From Botryllus schlosseri (lineage: Eukaryota), in NCBI GenBank assembly GCA_051294905.1, contig CM119372.1:27840001-27904000 (forward strand): DNA of 64,000 nt. The letters are read 5' to 3'. Of this stretch, positions 39,369 to 47,946 are shown one piece after another. The position numbers were made by a program, and so were the translations under genes. The notes beneath the pieces were generated by a model. The model had not been told where the DNA came from. It saw nothing but the letters and a program-made list of their open reading frames with translations, and ran no database searches. The first letter of the stretch is position 1. The number at the start of each line of letters is the position of its first letter.

Positions 39369-39699
39369 GCTGAGTCTTTACTTTGCTTCGTTGGCTACTC
39401 GGTGATGGTATAGGAATCCTTGATGGTTCACCCTTGATCAGACGTCGCAGCGCGTCCAACTCACTAGCCGAAAATAGACTCCTTTGTTCTGATATATCGA
39501 TTTTCATCGGTTGATTCAGCGTGTCGTGTTTTATTTGATAACGATTTAGCGCGTCGTTATATAAGGCTAATTTTCGTTCTTGGGGTATGTTCATCTGTAA
39601 TATGTCACTCATACATTTGTCGATATCCAAATTCAATTTCTGAACGTCAGCTCCGTTGATCGGGCTCGGATTTATGAAGATTTTTTTAAAAGAAGTCAT
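39304..39699 (-). CDS. Polinton protein of unknown function (conserved slot upstream of integrase)
   Basis: IDKCMSDIL..ERKLALYNDALNRY helical motif; ATG overlaps the upstream stop. Confidence 0.7.
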   Translation of the reverse strand: MTSFKKIFINPSPINGADVQKLNLDIDKCMSDILQMNIPQERKLALYNDALNRYQIKHDTLNQPMKIDISEQRSLFSASELDALRRLIKGEPSRIPIPSPSSQRSKVKTQHAPTKSGRTPKTPRRYGWEPY

Positions 39700-40043
39700 T
39701 TTTTGAAAAGATTACCAAGTAAACCAGTGACGACGGGTAGGATGCTTGATAATAGAGTCATAAACATACCCCCATTCTGATTAAACATACGTTTTTTATG
39801 TCGAATAGGGATGTCTTTCCTGACAAGTCGACGTAAACTACATTTATGAGCTGATAGTCGCTTTCTTTTATACTTTGAAAGAGGGATGTTACCGTTTAAA
39901 ACGTTCTTTGTACAATCACATATACACTCGATCAACTCTTTGCTGGCACCCGATATAATTTGCTTGCGTATCTCGGGTTTACTTTTATGTAGAAACTCTA
40001 GTGTGGGTATATGCCGCCGTGTCCGAGCTGGTACCTTGGGCAT
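39696..40043 (-). CDS. Small basic Polinton protein with C-terminal amphipathic helix
   Basis: RKQII..ELIECICDCTKNVLNGNIPL..KKRMFNQNGGMFMTLLSSILPVVTGLL. Confidence 0.82.
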   Translation of the reverse strand: MPKVPARTRRHIPTLEFLHKSKPEIRKQIISGASKELIECICDCTKNVLNGNIPLSKYKRKRLSAHKCSLRRLVRKDIPIRHKKRMFNQNGGMFMTLLSSILPVVTGLLGNLFKK

Positions 40044-40076
40044 TTTGAGTTTAAAGTCGTCTCTGTGCTTGGCTAT

Positions 40077-40688
40077 TTATACCATCGGGCTATAAACCAC
40101 CATGGTTTCACCAGGAAATATATTGGTCATAACTCGTCGATTTTCAGGTGCTTCTTGCGTGAGATCGAGGAATAAATAACTATGAGGTTGTCTAGCAGCG
40201 TCACGATAAGCCTCTGTTAAAAATCTAGAGTTTGGGTACATTTGTCGACCAAGAAAACTGATCTGCTGTTGGTCGCGCGGATTCTTGAAAATCACCATAT
40301 ACGAGCTTGAGAGACTCAAGTCACGTGCTCCTTTACCCTTGTGGTACAGGTTCTGCGTGACATAGCAAATTGATTTGGCTGAATGATGAGAAAATCTTGT
40401 AAAGTAGTCTGCAATTTTCGCCGTCTCAGTCATGAAATCATCCACTATAATCAAGGTGTCTTCAGAGCAAACCTTCAACTCTTCTAAAATATCTAGACCG
40501 GCGTGGAATTCTACGTTATGCATCGTCTTGAAAACCCCCTGATAATTATTGTAACAATATACGACCCTGGATACACTAGGTTTAATCATTGATGTCGCAT
40601 GCCTAATCAGCTTTGCAACAAAAGTAGTCTTCCCACTTCTTGAAGGACCACTCACAATACACGCGAATGGGTGGATCAATTCCATCAT
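40077..40688 (-). CDS. A32/FtsK-like genome packaging ATPase
   Basis: Walker A GPSRSGKT, Walker B LIIVDD, SHH, VTQNLY, IFKNPRD. Confidence 0.95.
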   Translation of the reverse strand: MMELIHPFACIVSGPSRSGKTTFVAKLIRHATSMIKPSVSRVVYCYNNYQGVFKTMHNVEFHAGLDILEELKVCSEDTLIIVDDFMTETAKIADYFTRFSHHSAKSICYVTQNLYHKGKGARDLSLSSSYMVIFKNPRDQQQISFLGRQMYPNSRFLTEAYRDAARQPHSYLFLDLTQEAPENRRVMTNIFPGETMVVYSPMV

Positions 40689-40730
40689 TTGTTGTTTATT
40701 GAAACTCGATAAAGTGCGCGTGTTTATATA

Positions 40731-41199
40731 TCAACAAGGTTGGGAATATCCACTGTTGTAGTCATCTTGTTCTAGTGGAATATATAAACCCAGTAGAGTT
40801 CGATTTAACAATTTTCCCTGGGTTATGAAATCTTCATCTGTCCCTCGTAATTTCGTCAGTGGAAGTTGTAGTGTTACAAACGCTTTATTCAGGTTGTCAA
40901 GCAGCTGATCCCAATCTGTAAAATAATAAATCACATAAGAGGATTCATACCACGAGAGGATTCATAGAGCTTTAAAATATAACAGGGTTACTATAACAAC
41001 TATAGATCTCGCCTTTTGAACACTCTTTTAAATCTTTATGTTGTGTCGATACGCGTTGTTCGTATAATTCATGCGATATCTCTCGATTCAAATACAGCTC
41101 CACGAAGTGTACATGATCGCGGCGTTGTACAAGTGTCTTTTCGTGTAACCGAGTCAGACCTGCTTGTTCTAGAACAGCTATTATGTAATCACTAGCCAT
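40731..41199 (-). CDS. Orphan protein B, two exons (41199-41013 and 40915-40731), paralog of 41318-41845
   Basis: Acceptor TTTTACAG at 40916; in-frame donors (GC at 41012 or GT at 40991); joined product aligns with orphan A. Confidence 0.6.
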
Positions 41200-41317
41200 C
41201 TGTAAAAACAAGACACAGATATCAGAAAATGTTGTTACTAAAATGTTTCCATTACAAGTTGACATTTTGAAAACACCCGCAGATTGTAAACAAAGTTTCA
41301 CCTAAAACTATCAGTGT

Positions 41318-41845
41318 TCACCACAGATTATGTTCACAATGACCAAGAGAATCATGTTTGCAAAAATCATCGGTTGTAGCATCACTACTTTCAGAGTCAG
41401 AACGAGGTCGTTTCAAACTGTTTGCGACTCTATGTTGATCAAGGAAAAATTGGAATTTTCGATGTCGCTTGCGCGTTATCAAGTAGGCTCGTCTCTCTTC
41501 GTGACCGAAAAGCGGTATCCACGAACAATTTTTTCCCAAGACCACATAATTTGTCAGCTTTGCTCTGTTGAATAGGATGTGGTTATCACTCGGTGTCTTT
41601 CGATCAGGAAATTGTAGTTGAAGTAGCGCTTCTATGCAGACACTTCGGACACGGGTCCATTTCTCGTCTAGTTCCCGACGGCGCGCCTTGGATCGATCGG
41701 GTATCGTGCGGTCTTGTGAGTTGTCGTCGGTACCGTGAATCGAGAGCTGTGTTAATTCCTGCTCCATTTCAAGCGTCTCTTTGTGCAAACTATTTAAATC
41801 CAATTCTGACATTACTGACTCAATATATGAAATAGCGTTATCCAT
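41318..41845 (-). CDS. Orphan protein A, 175 aa
   Basis: ATG directly after TTTTGTTTTCCAG; similarity to orphan B; basic NLS-like RKRHRK and KRPR. Confidence 0.65.
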   Translation of the reverse strand: MDNAISYIESVMSELDLNSLHKETLEMEQELTQLSIHGTDDNSQDRTIPDRSKARRRELDEKWTRVRSVCIEALLQLQFPDRKTPSDNHILFNRAKLTNYVVLGKNCSWIPLFGHEERRAYLITRKRHRKFQFFLDQHRVANSLKRPRSDSESSDATTDDFCKHDSLGHCEHNLW

Positions 41846-41942
41846 CTGGAAAACAAAAGACACATCAACACATAAAAAATACAAATAAATCATAATAATA
41901 GCAGACACACAGATAAAATACAATAGCACACAAAATATACAA

Positions 41943-44900
41943 TTACACATTTAATGGTAGGGTCGACACACCGTCCTCAAGCACTCTACGTTTGGCGTAG
42001 AAATAGGATAATGTTTTACGCTGCTGTTCGTACGTATAAACACCCCCATCTCTGCAGCGAAACCCCTTGTTCACTCCCCCCGCGGCTTCCTTAGATGTCA
42101 AGACCTCCAGAAAAGTGTTGAAGTCGATTTGAGCGGATTTCTGGAGGCCTTTGGAAGCCAGTTTTTTCTTTGGCCCATCGCAAAAGTAATTTTTGGATTG
42201 GAGTCCGCAGAAGGATGTACCACCTTCGTACTCCACTTTCATCAAACCCGGTTGACGAAGGTAATAGGCATACGTGTCTTTGCAACACTGTCTCGATCGG
42301 TCAAAAGAAACCGGATCAGTCAAAAACTCAGTTCGGTGCTCATCACAAAAATAACGCGGAAACCAGTTCTCGTATTCAAGATAAAATTCATCCCTTTTCT
42401 CGGGGATAAGAATATCATCGAATGAGGCTGAATGCGAGAGATAGAGGGAGTCTGTGTCCATCATTAATAGCATGAAGCACTCGTCACGGAAATATTTACA
42501 CAAGCAGTCATAAAAAAACGACAGCATCTTGAGCTTAGCATTGTTATACACCCAGAATCCCACTTGAATACAGTTACCCCACTTGATCGTTTTAGGTCGC
42601 TTCGTTATTTCAAATAGATCAGCGTGCAATTCATCATATTTCACAAAAAAACGATCCTTCACGTTGACGTCCAATTCACTTTTATCGCAGAAGGTGGTTC
42701 GTTTGAATTTACGTGGATTCATCAAGACGCGGCCATAACTACTATTTCCGGCTAATTTTTGTGTCAGCGCAATAATCTCCAGGTTAGGGTCACGGTCCCC
42801 AGCACGTCGACAGTCTGAGACATTTTTCGCAAAGTTGTCAAAACAGGTCTTTTTTGTGAATTCGACCGCCTCATGAATTTTGGATATAATCAATCCGTGT
42901 TCTACATACCACTTGATCAAGTCAGAGGTCAACAAGATTTTCTTACCCCAGTATGAAGCAACTAGCATGCGCGTGGGTTTGGGGAGCAATTTACGATCAA
43001 TGGCAAACTGTTTCATGTGCCCTGACAAATGCTCGCGAGATACCATCGTATTTTTGAATATCGGACATAGTTCAACAAACTTCCTTTGCAAATTTTTTGG
43101 CGTAAAAATATCAACTGATAAACACCCAAAGAATGTACCGGTCATTACCATCTCCATCAATTTATGCGCGGTGACAGACTTGGTTCTATTCAACTGCGGT
43201 TGGATGCCATTAAGATAGCGCACAATATCAGGATTTTCCTGTTTCTCCGTGCGCCAGTCGCATTCCCATTTACATATGACTTGATAATTGAGGCTTTTGT
43301 AATAATCATGAACACGTTTAGTCCGTTCTCGACGTTCCAAGTCATCACAGCCAAATCTGCACTGATGTGCATGAAAATGACATCCAAGAAAAGACAAGAT
43401 TACCCCTTGACCAGCTGAATTACGATAGAACCCATCAGCAGGATAATTACGTGCTCCTACGCGGATTTCAGGTCCATTAAAAGCATGGTGGACATGTACA
43501 TTGTGAATGTGAGAATACCAGTTTAGCCATTGAGCTGCTGTCTCCCCCCATTTCGGCGCGGTCTTCACCGGTTTGAATTTAGTACACTCAGCATCGAGTG
43601 GTTGCCAATGTACCGGGAAACCGGTTGGACTAGGTTCACTCAAAGCAAAAAGGTATAACGAATTGCTGTCCAGCCCTGTTACATGTTGGGTAATCTGAGC
43701 GTTTTCCTTATAAAAAACTTCTTTGATTCGAGTTTCACCCTGTTTTTGATATCGATGGAAAATGACCGACGGTCCGCCCACTAAATTGTCTCTAAATAGC
43801 GAAACCAGATCTTGGTGTTTATCATTGAACAAGGTGAAATCACGCGGAATGCTATTGAAAAGATGTCTTGATACAACCCCAGGTAGGGAGACAGCTTCCT
43901 TGAATATATCCACACTGAACTGACTTTTGAAAGATTGAAATTGTTTTTCTAACCCCTCAATGAAGTAGTGAGTATCGATTGCGTTGTACCATTTGAGATA
44001 ATCACGTAAAGTTGTCATTTTGTTATCGTTCCAAACCTTCAAACAGTTTTCATATTCAGCTGTGGATATATTACGATCTTTTAGCGAGCTGTAAAAGTCG
44101 CTGTGGCTAGGAAGACTCGGATAATCTAACTTTTCCAAACTAGTCAGAAACTCGTACGGAAAATGACCCTTAGCGGCGCTACATTTGAAGGCTTTCAAAT
44201 AAGCATCGTACGAGAACCCGGGTGCCAAGTAATTTACAATATCCAAAAATTTAAGTCTGTTCGTTGTCAACGATAGGAAGTTGTTACCCCGTTTCAATAC
44301 ACTCAGATTTTCATCAATGAGTAAACCAATCAAGTACTCTTTGAGACAGTTCAAGTCATACCGACCGCCATTGAACGATAACACAGGGATTTGTTTTAAA
44401 TATCGCATGAGCTCCTCTTGTAAACGTTCAAGTGGTATTTTTTTCTCGGAAGGATCGAGTGCTTTCATTTCGGTAATTTTAGTTTCGAGTATGTCCAAGT
44501 AGTGTTGATATTTCATCTGTAACAACCTAAATGACTCACTTTGAATATCATGAAAATGATCAACCATTTCCGCACACAAGTCGTTTGGGTCGCCGTTCGA
44601 GACAATTACATACGGTTCCAAGAACCCTTCCACATTAGAAGAGATGCTAACTGAGATGGGGATATGTTTACACTCCCATGAAGTTTTGGAGGAATCTGGA
44701 ATATCACACTTTTCAAACATGCTCTCTATATCGAACGCGATACGGTATTTGAAATAACGAAGCTGGTGAGGAACAAACACTCCTTCTAGATCAAGTTTTT
44801 CAAAGATGTTCAGAGGAGGTGTATACACGCCACCGGGAAACACTTCAACAGGACCCGTTGCACATTTATGTCTGGTCAATTCATACTGCAAATTGAAAAA

Positions 44901-45785
44901 TCTTTCGCAAACATCACATTGATAGCTCTCAGCGTAACGGAATATATCAGTAATCAGACAGAAATGGTTGCTTTCTAAATGTAAGTACACAGGCTTCGCT
45001 TCAAACGTACTACGGCGGATTGCGACAGCTTTACCCTCAGTTTTTGTGTACACAAATACGGCCACATTAAACAAGTCCTCGATATCGTCCAGCATGTCAA
45101 GAGTTACACCAGATTCCACGTTGACACCATACACCGACATGAACTGTTGAGCCAGTGCTTTTGTATCTTTTCCTAGTGAGTGCGCGATACAGCGAAAAGC
45201 ACACAGATTGTCGTTGTAGAGATGTCGATTTTTTCGACGAAGCATTGTCAAGATGCATTTCGATTGCGCAAGCCATGTCGGTAGCTTAATACCGGTGCAA
45301 CCAATCAACACACCATCGGTAGGATATACATAAAACTGTACATTAGTCAGACAGACCGGCAGTGACTTTGTGTTTGTTCGAGAATTTCGTAATAAATCAA
45401 GCGCCGTTTCCAACCTTATAGACTCAACAAATTCATTGAATTTAGCTAGTGTTGAAATCGCCGCCGGTGTTTCTAATACACTATCAACATTCGCCGATGC
45501 GTGAAAATAACGAAATCTCAGAGTCTCGACGTGGTACAAAATAAATGCATACGCGAAATTGACTTTGAAACGGGTCGACTCTGAGAAAAATATAGCTTGT
45601 ATATCGCGGAAAACATCCGCTAGCTCCCGACCAATGACTCGAATATTATAGACATGACCAGTCTTTTTCACTACATACGATTTTATCGCTTGCCAGTTCT
45701 GAGTAACAACTTCTTGGCGTTCGTCCCCAATCTCTGGTGGTGCATTCGGTTCTTCGCGAACACGATTCCGTCTGCGTCGACTCAT
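41943..45785 (-). CDS. Protein-primed family B DNA polymerase (pPolB), 1280 aa
   Basis: Exonuclease IAFDIES / FNGGRYD / YNAID; polymerase DSNSLY, KLAGNSSYG, MDTDSLY; N-terminal TP/vOTU-like region, Zn finger, Vsr-like insert. Confidence 0.97.
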   Translation of the reverse strand: MSRRRRNRVREEPNAPPEIGDERQEVVTQNWQAIKSYVVKKTGHVYNIRVIGRELADVFRDIQAIFFSESTRFKVNFAYAFILYHVETLRFRYFHASANVDSVLETPAAISTLAKFNEFVESIRLETALDLLRNSRTNTKSLPVCLTNVQFYVYPTDGVLIGCTGIKLPTWLAQSKCILTMLRRKNRHLYNDNLCAFRCIAHSLGKDTKALAQQFMSVYGVNVESGVTLDMLDDIEDLFNVAVFVYTKTEGKAVAIRRSTFEAKPVYLHLESNHFCLITDIFRYAESYQCDVCERFFNLQYELTRHKCATGPVEVFPGGVYTPPLNIFEKLDLEGVFVPHQLRYFKYRIAFDIESMFEKCDIPDSSKTSWECKHIPISVSISSNVEGFLEPYVIVSNGDPNDLCAEMVDHFHDIQSESFRLLQMKYQHYLDILETKITEMKALDPSEKKIPLERLQEELMRYLKQIPVLSFNGGRYDLNCLKEYLIGLLIDENLSVLKRGNNFLSLTTNRLKFLDIVNYLAPGFSYDAYLKAFKCSAAKGHFPYEFLTSLEKLDYPSLPSHSDFYSSLKDRNISTAEYENCLKVWNDNKMTTLRDYLKWYNAIDTHYFIEGLEKQFQSFKSQFSVDIFKEAVSLPGVVSRHLFNSIPRDFTLFNDKHQDLVSLFRDNLVGGPSVIFHRYQKQGETRIKEVFYKENAQITQHVTGLDSNSLYLFALSEPSPTGFPVHWQPLDAECTKFKPVKTAPKWGETAAQWLNWYSHIHNVHVHHAFNGPEIRVGARNYPADGFYRNSAGQGVILSFLGCHFHAHQCRFGCDDLERRERTKRVHDYYKSLNYQVICKWECDWRTEKQENPDIVRYLNGIQPQLNRTKSVTAHKLMEMVMTGTFFGCLSVDIFTPKNLQRKFVELCPIFKNTMVSREHLSGHMKQFAIDRKLLPKPTRMLVASYWGKKILLTSDLIKWYVEHGLIISKIHEAVEFTKKTCFDNFAKNVSDCRRAGDRDPNLEIIALTQKLAGNSSYGRVLMNPRKFKRTTFCDKSELDVNVKDRFFVKYDELHADLFEITKRPKTIKWGNCIQVGFWVYNNAKLKMLSFFYDCLCKYFRDECFMLLMMDTDSLYLSHSASFDDILIPEKRDEFYLEYENWFPRYFCDEHRTEFLTDPVSFDRSRQCCKDTYAYYLRQPGLMKVEYEGGTSFCGLQSKNYFCDGPKKKLASKGLQKSAQIDFNTFLEVLTSKEAAGGVNKGFRCRDGGVYTYEQQRKTLSYFYAKRRVLEDGVSTLPLNV

Positions 45786-46381
45786 CTGTAAAATTAATAA
45801 CACGTGGTCAAATTCAGCACTTTGGGAACATGAAACTAGTCTTACTTACAATCTAGTTTCTTTGTTGGTGTCTTCGATTCTTTATGCTTAATAAAACAAG
45901 TAACACATCAATCTATGTCCACTAACGTTGTGTTATAGCAGATAACTTACCAGTAGACTCGTGCGTTCAACTTGAGTCGCTCTGTCTGTTCAACAACAAA
46001 ATCATTACATCATGTTCACTAGTTCTGAACAGTAATAACCCACCTATGCAATTCTTTACTTCAATTCCGACGCTTGTTTTGTCTGTAGGATAAACGAATA
46101 ACATATTACGTTCATAAATCAAAGTAATCGTACCGAATAACTTACTAATTAACTCCTTATCCAGCAATCCGCGATCGAATATATCCAGACAGCCAGCCAC
46201 GTTGTTCGCTGTTCGACGTCCGGAGAGAAAGACCTAAACCGCTGATTCGAGATTACACGAGCACCGGCGCCACTAGTGGTTGAATTTCAGAAGCTATTAT
46301 TTATGGCTCTAATGTAAAATCTGAAACGGAAAACAGAAATTGAGAATACACACTCACAACAATGAAAATCATGCAGCGCAA

Positions 46382-47266
46382 TCACAAATTATACTTCAAT
46401 TTCGTTCTAATTTCTAGAAGTCGATGCAAGTACTCATCGGTTGCGGTATTTAATTCAGGTTGAATCTCATCGAGACTCCAGCGCTGACCCTTGACAGCAA
46501 GCAATCGTTTGATGTCAGTCATGAGCTTTGTGACTGTCAAATTTTTTTTCTCTATCAACGAGTCAACATAGCATAGTATTGAACCTAAATGCGGTTTAAC
46601 ATCGTCAATAGTTTGGAGGTGGGTGATCATCTTGTCAACTGTGTATTGACATAGTTTTTCTTCCTGCTTCTTCTTACCCTTCACATCGTCGCGAAAATCG
46701 TCGTCACTCACGCTTTTAGATTTCACAGGTTTCTTGCCAGCCTTCTGTCTGGATTCGATACGACTTGAATTTTTCAATTTCACATTATGAAGCTGTTTAG
46801 CCGGTGGTATGCCTAATTCCGCCGTCGTCGATATTGTTCTTTTTCGAACTCTCTTCCCGGTTGATGCAGATTTAGGAGTATCAACCACTGATAGCGGCTC
46901 AGCGGAGCGTGGTAACGTCACCCCAGAAGTCGACGGCTTCTCAGCACTCGGTAATTCGACGCTAACTTCCGCCTCATCGAACGGTACACACGGTGTCGTC
47001 ACCAAGTTTGTGAGGTCATTAATCACGCTTTCTCTAGCTAGTTGACCCGACTTCAGCCACGCCTGGTGCGCTATATCTGCATGGTTTGGTCGCATTTCGA
47101 TCGTTGTAGTAGAGTCGCGTTCTGTGGCTTCAACCCTTACATCAGGCGTCATCAGATCCCCAGGATTAATCGCGTCAAAGATATCCGCATTCTCTTCAAA
47201 TTGCGATTCAAATGCGTTTGGTTCATAACCAAATTTATCAAGATTATCTATCTGAGCCTCGGCCAT
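46382..47266 (-). CDS. Orphan 294-aa protein: acidic N-terminus, low-complexity basic middle, helical C-terminus
   Basis: Long ORF with strong start context (ACAATGG), TATA box upstream, NLS-like KRVRKR. Confidence 0.7.
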   Translation of the reverse strand: MAEAQIDNLDKFGYEPNAFESQFEENADIFDAINPGDLMTPDVRVEATERDSTTTIEMRPNHADIAHQAWLKSGQLARESVINDLTNLVTTPCVPFDEAEVSVELPSAEKPSTSGVTLPRSAEPLSVVDTPKSASTGKRVRKRTISTTAELGIPPAKQLHNVKLKNSSRIESRQKAGKKPVKSKSVSDDDFRDDVKGKKKQEEKLCQYTVDKMITHLQTIDDVKPHLGSILCYVDSLIEKKNLTVTKLMTDIKRLLAVKGQRWSLDEIQPELNTATDEYLHRLLEIRTKLKYNL

Positions 47267-47473
47267 TGTATAATAATCGATCTAACTGCTCCAACCAACG
47301 TTTATGTCTGCGACAGTGAAATATAACAACCGGGTCGCGGTGTTGTCTATTTATAGATTTAATTTTCACACGCTTACACAGACCCCTTCTTTCTAGGTGA
47401 TCGAGCGGTATATTTCACCATTTTAACACCTCGCGGTGTCATGGTTTACTTTTTCAGTTGGTAGTTACTCGTT
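47267..47473. promoter_or_regulatory. Divergent promoter region
   Basis: Lies between head-to-head ORFs; CTATTTATAG at 47347-47356 reads TATAAATA on the minus strand. Confidence 0.5.
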
Positions 47474-47938
47474 ATGGCAACTAGTGTGATCATTGAGAAT
47501 TACCTTCTGTATTATCATAACGTAACAACCCCCACCTTGAGCGAAACGGAAAAATTCATCCACAGAGTGGTAGATTTCTATGTACATGGAGAAAACGTGA
47601 ACCGTGTTCGAAAGTGTGATTTCGCTGCCTTGGTTAACTCGATTCGATCATATGGCGTCGACTGGAATGGTGTTTTTAGTGTCATAAGCGTTGCGGCGAT
47701 GAAAAGCGACATTCATTCCATTGTGGTGTACAGAGATTTAACAACAAACATCTTGAATACTCACTACAGTACATTGATAAGCGACTGGGTAAGAGGAAAA
47801 TGGTCCTGCCTCATAACACCTTATGAACGGCATCCTTTTGTACAGAATTCCTGTAAAGTCTACTTCAAACCAAGTCTATTCGCACGGATCATCAGCGTTA
47901 TACAAAGGCTGTTAACCTGTTTTATAACACGTGGTTAA
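47474..47938 (+). CDS. Putative divergent Bcl-2-like protein
   Basis: BH4-like VIIENYLLY, BH1-like FAALVNSIRSYGVDWNGVFSVISVA, BH2-like DWVRGKWSCL, hydrophobic C-terminal helix. Confidence 0.55.
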   Translation: MATSVIIENYLLYYHNVTTPTLSETEKFIHRVVDFYVHGENVNRVRKCDFAALVNSIRSYGVDWNGVFSVISVAAMKSDIHSIVVYRDLTTNILNTHYSTLISDWVRGKWSCLITPYERHPFVQNSCKVYFKPSLFARIISVIQRLLTCFITRG

Positions 47939-47946
47939 TTCTATAA

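Noticed and set aside
41846..41950. Hydrophobic N-terminal extension of the 210-aa ORF as a TM or signal peptide
   Set aside because: It translates a T-rich pyrimidine tract ending in CAG before the ATG at 41845; better explained as intron or outron sequence.
42091..45150. Short antisense and alternate-frame ORFs within pPolB (likewise within MCP)
   Set aside because: Shadow ORFs of long coding regions with no motifs.
45967..46233. 77-aa ORF upstream of PolB as a standalone gene
   Set aside because: GTG start and no recognisable motif; could only be a spliced exon, so not listed as a feature.
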